A DNA stretch of 62,245 bases, filler included, from Sluysia triapertura (Eukaryota), in the NCBI GenBank assembly GCA_046118255.1. It is 5 parts of 5 records of this genome, joined end to end, with 100 filler letters (N's around TTAATTAATTAA, not from the genome) between each part and the next. Parts side by side here need not be neighbours in the genome. Positions count along the whole stretch, not along the records: positions 48,253 to 62,245 come from JBJNIA010011208.1; 4 more parts are not named here. One strand, 5' to 3'. The position numbers and the translations under genes are program-made. Within the stretch, counting starts at the first letter, position 1. The number at the start of each line of letters is the position of its first letter. Positions 54,560 to 62,245 of the stretch are shown here, piece by piece. The notes below the pieces were generated by a model that had not been told where the DNA came from, did no database searches, and saw nothing but the letters and a program-made list of their open reading frames with translations.

Positions 54560-54942
54560 ATGAATAACGAAACCTCTCTGCAATTCGAAACTGGTTCGAC
54601 ATTCGATCAAGACGAGATAAGATTAGGAAAGAGAATTAAAAGATTGGATTTAGATGGCTCCGGTTCTCTCTGTGTTGATGAGTTCCTGAAATTGCCTCAG
54701 TCGCAGCGGAATCCAATGTTACAAAGACTTATTGATATATTTGACAGTGATGGTGATGGTGAAGTGGATGTGAGTAAACATGAACCAAAATTCAAATTTG
54801 TTTTTAAATTGTATATGTATTAGTATTGGTGAATTGGTTAAAGTTTTTAATATAGTAGTATCTGGTAATTTGAAAAAAACTAAGTTACAACATATGCTTG
54901 ACAAAACAATTATTTTTGCTGAAACAATATCTTTTGATGAGG
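54560..54942 (+). pseudogene. PPP3R1: Calcineurin B (PPP3R1/CanB) intronless pseudogene
   Basis: MNNETS...FDQDEIRLGKRIKRLDLDGSGSLCVDEFLKLP...NPMLQRLIDIFDSDGDGEVD, then deletions and a frameshift near 54822, then ISIGELVKVF...NLKKTKLQHMLDKTIIFA...ISFDE; Gly2 lost. Confidence 0.9.
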
Positions 54943-55326
54943 TAGCTAACCTTTTAAATTCAAAATTTAAATTTGATTCTGCAATAGCAGACAGTTTTGA
55001 AAGGATTGAAGTTGATAATTTATTTTCATACAGAGAACGTAATGTGAAAAGTGTTCTTAAAGGTCACAATTCTCAGTTATTATGAAACCAAATAAGGTTG
55101 ATTATTTTTTGATTTTAGATGAGTGCAATATATCTTCCAGTTATATCAGTTTGCTGGAAACAGTAGCTCAGTTTTGTTTAGTACAAGAATCTGTTTTAAA
55201 TAAATTTAAGTCAAATATTCAGCATTGGTATTCTTCAAGTTTAAACCATTAAAATCCAGATTTTTGACTTTCCGATTTATTGTTTCATTCACAATGTTGA
55301 CATTGAAAGATAACTTTAATATTTTA

Positions 55327-55510
55327 AAAGACGTTTTTAATTCTCTAAAGATAATGTTTATGTTGTTCAATAAAGTATATAAAGAGATGAATAAAACTCG
55401 TTCTGATAAAGATGTTTATTATGTTGAAAGACGTTTATAATTCTCTAAAGATAATGTTTATGTTGCTCGATAAGGTATATAAAGAGATGAATGAGGCTTG
55501 TCCTGATTCA
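55327..55510. repeat. Tandem duplication, 100-bp period
   Basis: AAAGACGTTTwTAATTCTCTAAAGATAATGTTTATGTTG... at 55327 and 55427. Confidence 0.9.
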
Positions 55511-56716
55511 GGATACATTTGAACAAAGACGTACAGTAAAGTACTATTCGACACTCACCAGGAGTTTTCGGACGGCACAGAAAAGACGCGTCGGATGCAG
55601 GTTCTTACTACACGTAACCGTGATACCTGACTAGTTCAAAATCTTAAGTCATGTGTACTTTACATTTTTTCATTTGATTAACGTTTTATTTCAATAGCGA
55701 CATATGAACGTGTTTTTTGTCCCCATTGCAATTGTTTATGCTTAATAGAAGTTTTTTTTGTTATTTTTATAATATTGAATTTCACTTAGGTGACGTTATA
55801 AATTGTGGCAACGTAATTAATAAAGTGCATAAGGCCATTCCGAATTTTGATCATATAGCTGATAAATTACGTAAAGTTGAGCCCAATTTCATCAACGTAA
55901 GTAATGTAATATATAAAAGTACATCGGCCACAATAACATGAATTACAAACCGACTAACATTCATGGTTTATCAGTGTTATTTTACAGTAAGCCTATCGAA
56001 ATCTGTAATGTCATTAAAAGTATGCAAAGTATTTTCCAAAAATCCTCTTTTGTGGTTACGATCAATTGAGTCGTGTCAAAGCTTTTAAACTGGATGAATT
56101 AAAAAGAAATTTTCAATATATTATTGATGGTTCAAACAGAAAGGTAATAAAAGCAAACCAAGAAGCTATGGAACTAAAATCTGAGAACGCTTAGAATATT
56201 TAAAAATTTTTTTTAAAAATGTGATTTAACATGGCAGTACGGCTTTATATAAATTCATATATTTAAATACTGTTTAATTTTATTGTTTTAATTTTTAACT
56301 TTAACTATATATTTGGATTTAAATTTTTCATCAATGCTTTAGTGTTACGAATTTCATTTCCTTTATTTTTATACATATATGAGTCAACAAATAATTTTTA
56401 GAGGACATGGTTGTAAATTGTAAGTATTTTTATGATTCTTTATCACATGCGTTAATAATCGTTCAACATTACTATCTACTATGAATGTTTAAAAATTTAT
56501 TCTTCAATATTTGTTCATTATTTTTGTTATCCATAAGACTAGTTTTCAATTGTGAATTCTGCCCAAAAAGCAGAAAGTCTACATAATTACAGTAGTTATT
56601 AAATTTCGAATCTACCACAAATATTTTCGTTGTAAAGATATTATTCACTACAACCTTATTTAAATGTGATGTGAGAACAGTTTTTATATTTAACAAAAAA
56701 TTTAATAATTAATTAC

Positions 56717-57455
56717 CTTCCGAAACGAACTATGCTGAACGATTTTGAGTTTTGTGAAAACTCAATAATTGTAGAACCATTTCGACATTCTTCAGTATTT
56801 CCTAATCGGCCACCATCAATTATTAAATCAATCTCAGCATGTAGATAATTAAATTCCTAAAATAATGTATGAATCAACTTTGCATAGCACATTAACACTA
56901 AAAATTTTATTAACTAAATATAAGTTAATGCAAAATCATAAAAAATTATTCAAAATTATCTAACCGATGTATCTAGACAACTAGGAGCTCCACTTTTATT
57001 AGCTGAGGTCAACGCTAATGGTTCACCATCTATATAATCTATCAAATCTAGCAACCACGGAAGTTTTGGAATACGAACACCAACATTGTTACATTTCGGA
57101 TTTAATGCTGGGTTAAGTAAGGCAGTTCTTGGAAAAATTAAAGTAACAGGACCAGGCAACAAAGATGTTATTAATGAACGTTCTACGTGAATATCAGCAT
57201 ATTGAAACATTTTAGAAACATTAGACACACAGATTGAAATCGGCTTATCGAAACTGCGACCTTTAATTTGATACAGTCGTTTAATTGCTTTCGTGTTTTG
57301 TGCAAGACAACAAATTCCATAAATTGTGTCAGTAGGAACTGCTAAAATACCTCCATCGAGTAAAATCGAAGCAGCTACTTTTAAAAGAGAATCTAAATAT
57401 TACAAATAAATATTAATAAATACAAACCATCAAGCAAATTCAACACTTTAACCAT
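56717..57455 (-). CDS. YRDC: Threonylcarbamoyl-AMP synthase YRDC (Sua5/TsaC family); exons 57428-57455, 56965-57392, 56717-56856; final exon not located
   Basis: MVKVLNLLD/DSLL...GGILAVPTDTIYGI...LYQIKGRSFDKPISICV...LLPGPVTLIF...VGVRIP...PLALTSANKSG.../...IDLIIDGG...GSTIIE: hallmark PTDTxYG, KGR, PGPxT and TSANxSG motifs; frame-consistent GT-AG introns. Confidence 0.95.
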
Positions 57456-60400
57456 ATTATTTGAACAAATAATTTTTAAAGAAATTAAATTTTAATATGA
57501 TATAACAAATATTTATTAGCTATAATTTTCTTCTAAATTTTCTTTTTGATCTTGTACAATAATATCTTGAATATTAAGAATTGGAATGATAATATATCTA
57601 ATGCATGAGATGCATTCTAAATGTTATCATTAGCTCTCAATTTTATGGTCTTTACATTTAATTTAAATTTATATATTATAAAATTTATATTATGAAATTT
57701 ATATATTATAAAATTATAAATAAAATATTAAAAATTACAAATTATACTATTTTTCTCAATTTGAATAAATAATGTAAATAATAAATTTTGAAATAATTAT
57801 AAAATTTAATTAAATTTTGTAAAAAGTTTATTTTCATTACTGAGAGTTAATTAAAAATTTTTTGATTAATTTATAATTTATGATTTGATTAATTTATAAA
57901 TTAATCATTTATATTTATTTATTTATTAAATTATTTATATTTATTAATTAAGTTTTGGTATCTTCAAAATGCAAAATATGGTATTTCTAATTTTTATAAT
58001 TTCAAAGATAATTTCCTGTCGAAACGGTCTTCGGTGGAACATAATATACGGATTTTTATGATAAGCAAAAAATAATTACTTTTTGTTTAAATAAATGTTT
58101 TTTCGGTTATTATTTAAGACGTTCTTCCTAAGATTGACTTTTGCAATTTAAAGTTAACAAAAAAAACTTTTAATGAAAGAAGGACGCTTTTAGTGATAAT
58201 TAAGTCATTGCAATATTCATTAAAATAAATAATGAACAAGCTCTTTTTTTCTGTGGGCTTTTTCATTAACAAGAGGGACGACTATATTTCAAAATGACTA
58301 AAAATGCTTAGAATAATTTTGTTTTTATTAATGTCGTACAAAGTTATTATTCGTACAATATGTTCATTTAATATAATAGATGTAAAATTGTATTACATCT
58401 ATTTGTCTTTAATAGTGCAATGTACTTATAATGCGTCTTTATATTTTTAAATTAACAACAATAATACTATAATACAATTAAATGAGTTCGAATCTCAACA
58501 TATTGTAAAGGTTAAAATGAATTTTTAGATTTTACAAATTCTAATAAAATTGTAAATTTAAGTTAATTAATTAAATTAAAAGTATAAAATTATAAATACG
58601 AATTTATCAAATTTTCATTTTTTAAGAAAATAATAAAAAGTATTAAACGTCATTAAATTTCAAAAGTAAATATTGCAGGTGGAAAATAAAAATGATTAAG
58701 TGTCTCTCTAACAACAAATATCAAATTTTGTGATTAATTTTCGTCTAAAAGAAAGTACAATTCTCCTTCACGAATAATATATTAAATTGCAATTCTCACA
58801 AAAGTATAAAAAACAGATTACCATTATCATATTCTCAAAACGTAATATCTTGCAATTACACAAGAGTTTAATTACAGTCTACGAGACTTGCCTGAGAAGA
58901 GCTAAGTGTTCAATATCATTATCATTAGTGTATCAACCTTTCTTAATTTGGAGCTATTCTGCTTTGACATTTGCAATTAAACTCTTGATAAGTTAAGACT
59001 ATTTCTATTATCGAAATTGTATTCATGTAATCGTAATTTTGATTACATATCAATTCCCTTACTATTCAGCAGGGTTAAAGAGACTCAAATCATATTAAAG
59101 TATAACACAGCCTAAAACAAGCCCAGGCTCCAAATCATTTCTAAACTTCAAACCTTATTAAGGAAAACCTTAATATTAATATATTATCATTTTATTGAAT
59201 CTCTAATTATTATTAAACTATACGCTAATTGTTTATTAATCTTGTTTGATACATTGGAGTTAGTGAAGGATAAGGAGAAACGTTAGAGTCATGGCTCGTG
59301 ATAACATAATAAAATGAACATCATTGAAGAATTAAGATAAGATATCATGATGAATTTTAAGAACGGAATAAGTATATAAAATACTTGAATCAAAATGGAA
59401 GAATGAGAAATATAAAAAAACCCTTTATAATGTTTTATTATTAAAGTATTAAAGTACATTTGTTAATTAATTTAATTAAAATTTGTTCAATTTAGTAACT
59501 TAATAAAAATGTTTGCTCATGATAGAACAATATTATGTATGATCTTTACAAGTATTTTTAATAATGAAGTATTAAGAAGCACGTTGACATAGATAACGTA
59601 AAAATTAGTTATTTTAATTAATTTTATAATTTAAAATTAAAGTTAAATATGTTCCAATGTCTAAGATTAATACAGTATATCTTAAATTGATGCTCATAGA
59701 GAGACTAATTCAAATACGTTATTGAACTTGACGTGCAACCTACAGTTGACGCAAAACGTATTACACAAAAGATTCATATAAAAAAATTTATTATTCCATT
59801 AATTGTATCCTAAATTTCAGATAATAAATTGCGTTATTGATAGAATAGTCATACAATAATATTAAATTTTAATTTAATGATGTTGAGAAGATAAGGGGAT
59901 TATTTACCACAAATCCCATTATCTTTAGATAATTTAAAAATGATGAAATTGAACACAGATGAAAATTACTGTCGAAATTTAATGAGTAAAGTTGGTCGGC
60001 TTATCATCGACTAAAAGAATGAAGAGTTTTAATTTCTAATTTTCAATTTACCAAATGATTTTAAAACTGCTATATAAGTAGTCACATGTTTGCGAAAAAT
60101 CAGAAACAAAATAACAAAACAAAAGAGGGGAAAGACAATAACGAAATTGAAAAGTTTTAGCTTTAAGGAAGCTGCTTCAATTCATTTGCGGAAAAAGGTG
60201 AAATTGAGGCTTATTCTTTAGAAACCGGCTCAAATAAACACCTAAGGGGATATAAAAAAAGGGTTAGTACCTTGTTTTTATTTATTATATTTTAGTTAAT
60301 ATGGTTGTTAACATTTATTTTATTTGAGTTGTCACCCATAAAAGTAATTTATTAATATTTTTTTATAATTTTAAATCTGATAGTAAAGTTAGAATTTTAT

Positions 60401-62245
60401 TAGTTTTATTTATAAAACAGTGTATTATTCTAAAAGTATGTGCATTGTATAATTGTGATATTTTAAAGAATATATTGAGATTTCGAATTTGCTTAACTAC
60501 TAGGCTATATTTTGATAATTTAAAGTATTAAATACACAAGAGATAGTTTTGTTATTTTTTTATTATTTTTAATTCTGTTTACTTAATTAAAAATAATAAA
60601 AACTTTTTATACTCATTTTGTACCAATATAGAGATAATTTTAGTTAAATGTTTTATTATTAAAGATAATTTGATAATGTTTCTAACACCATTTATAAAGG
60701 GATATGTAGCCCCGGCACAATTTATTTGGTGGTTTACTAATTGTTATTGAATTTATTTTTATATTGATATTAATAAATTTTAAACGATTATTAAGTGAAA
60801 TAAAATTAATGAAAAAATGAATTTAATTATTAAAAGGTTTTTATAGATCAATCTATTTAATTCCGATATTATCATTACTTTATTAAAAGTTCTTTTATTA
60901 TATTTCAAGATAAAATAATCAAAGTAAAATCTAATACATATATTAAAGTTAAAATTTATGCATTTGATAAAAGATTGTTTTGTCATACAAAATTTATATA
61001 ATAATGAATGTTGATGTATCATTAAACATGTTTCGGCCAAAGTTGATAAACACATATAAACAAAATAAACGATCATCATGAAAAGATAATAATGAACACA
61101 AAAAATAATAATATACCTTGAAATATATTTTCTTATTAATTAAATGACGTAAAATGGTCATGAATGGACACATATGTGAACTGAATAGAAGTGAATGGTT
61201 GGTATTTGAGGAAATCGTTATTTGAAGAGGTACACTGGACAAGATTACGGTATATATTAATTCAAGAATATTGCCAGTGTCATTTGCTATAGTCACATAT
61301 ATAAGTCGATCGGACAGACTTCATAGTAAAGTTTCATCTAAAGTAAATTTAAAGAATTTGTCGAGTTTGAATAAACGTCTACTAATTTTGATTCATTATT
61401 AATATTCAGATGTTCTTTTAGAAATATAATAGGACTAATAATGATATTGTCGTTTGCTGTATTAACTTTAACTTTAGTGTTAATATATCGTTCTTCATCT
61501 AAATTATATCTAGAATTATCTGTTCGAACTAACTTGTATTAATAGGAGCGCCTTATAACTAAGATATCGTTTATTACATCATTACTTGGAAAATTATTGT
61601 TTAAATCTACCTTTAATTCAATTGATGTAGATAAGCAATTCTTTAAATCATAAGAAATGACTTCATAATTATTACTAGATGATTCATTAACTGTAATTAG
61701 TATACTATTCGTTCTTTTCAATCGATTAAGTATATGAAATTGAGCTAAATTCATCTTTTGAATACTTTCATGACTAAAACGTTGTTTGAATTGATTAGTA
61801 AAATCTGACATCAATTTTGTTAAGATGTATCATTTAAACTCGATAAATAGAAAGGATTCAATTAATAACGTATATTTTTGGTACAGATTAATTTTTGAGA
61901 TTAAATAAAATAATTGTGAATTCATTTATTTGGCATATTACTTGGATTGAGAACTAATCATGATTGTGATTGGTTGGCCAATGAGAGTGATCAAAACAAA
62001 CTATGCTCACTGATTTTGGTAAATTACAAAGCCAATCAAAACAACCGTTTTGTTGCTGACGTTATATTCAATCAAAAAGAACTGTGAAATGATGCCAGTT
62101 ATAAATTGAATTTTTATGTTGAAATGAACAGTTTGTAATTAAAACTGTCATATTTGAAAATAGCAATGACTTGTTAAATATTAAACTCACTATTATTACC
62201 TTGATCACTTTAAACCTTAATAATTTCAATAGTTAGTATATCAAG

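Noticed and set aside
54771-54776. GTGAGT as a splice donor rescuing calcineurin B
   Set aside because: Downstream sequence is itself deleted CnB coding sequence (VS, KFxF, GEL), so it is not an intron.

Overview
AT-rich (roughly 25-30% GC by eye) intron-containing animal DNA, not prokaryotic. Abundant (ATT/ACT)n microsatellites, a cilia-associated gene (TTC12), a 35-nt intron and many mariner/hAT/piggyBac remnants would fit a flatworm such as a planarian, but that taxon is only an inference. Four artificial 100-nt linkers (N44-TTAATTAATTAA-N44) split the window into five apparently unrelated contigs. Recognisable spliced host genes: the 3' half of a canonical ankyrin (ZU5 end-UPA-death domain), three exons of an EF-hand protein, the last exon of a Twinkle-like helicase, two 3' exons of WDR24 (GATOR2), and the first three exons of YRDC/Sua5. 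Three decayed host-gene copies are present (NK1 homeobox fragment, TTC12, calcineurin B), plus two complementary tRNA-Ala-like remnants and many small DNA-transposon/LINE fragments. The best candidate for something undescribed is a recurrent cis-module of paired ATTGG-N4-CCAAT palindromes about 50 bp apart. It occurs on three different contigs, each time just upstream of an orphan or captured ORF; one case heads a cassette of orphan ORFs (31.7-34.8 kb) that may be a decayed large DNA element. No complete novel system can be proven from the sequence alone.
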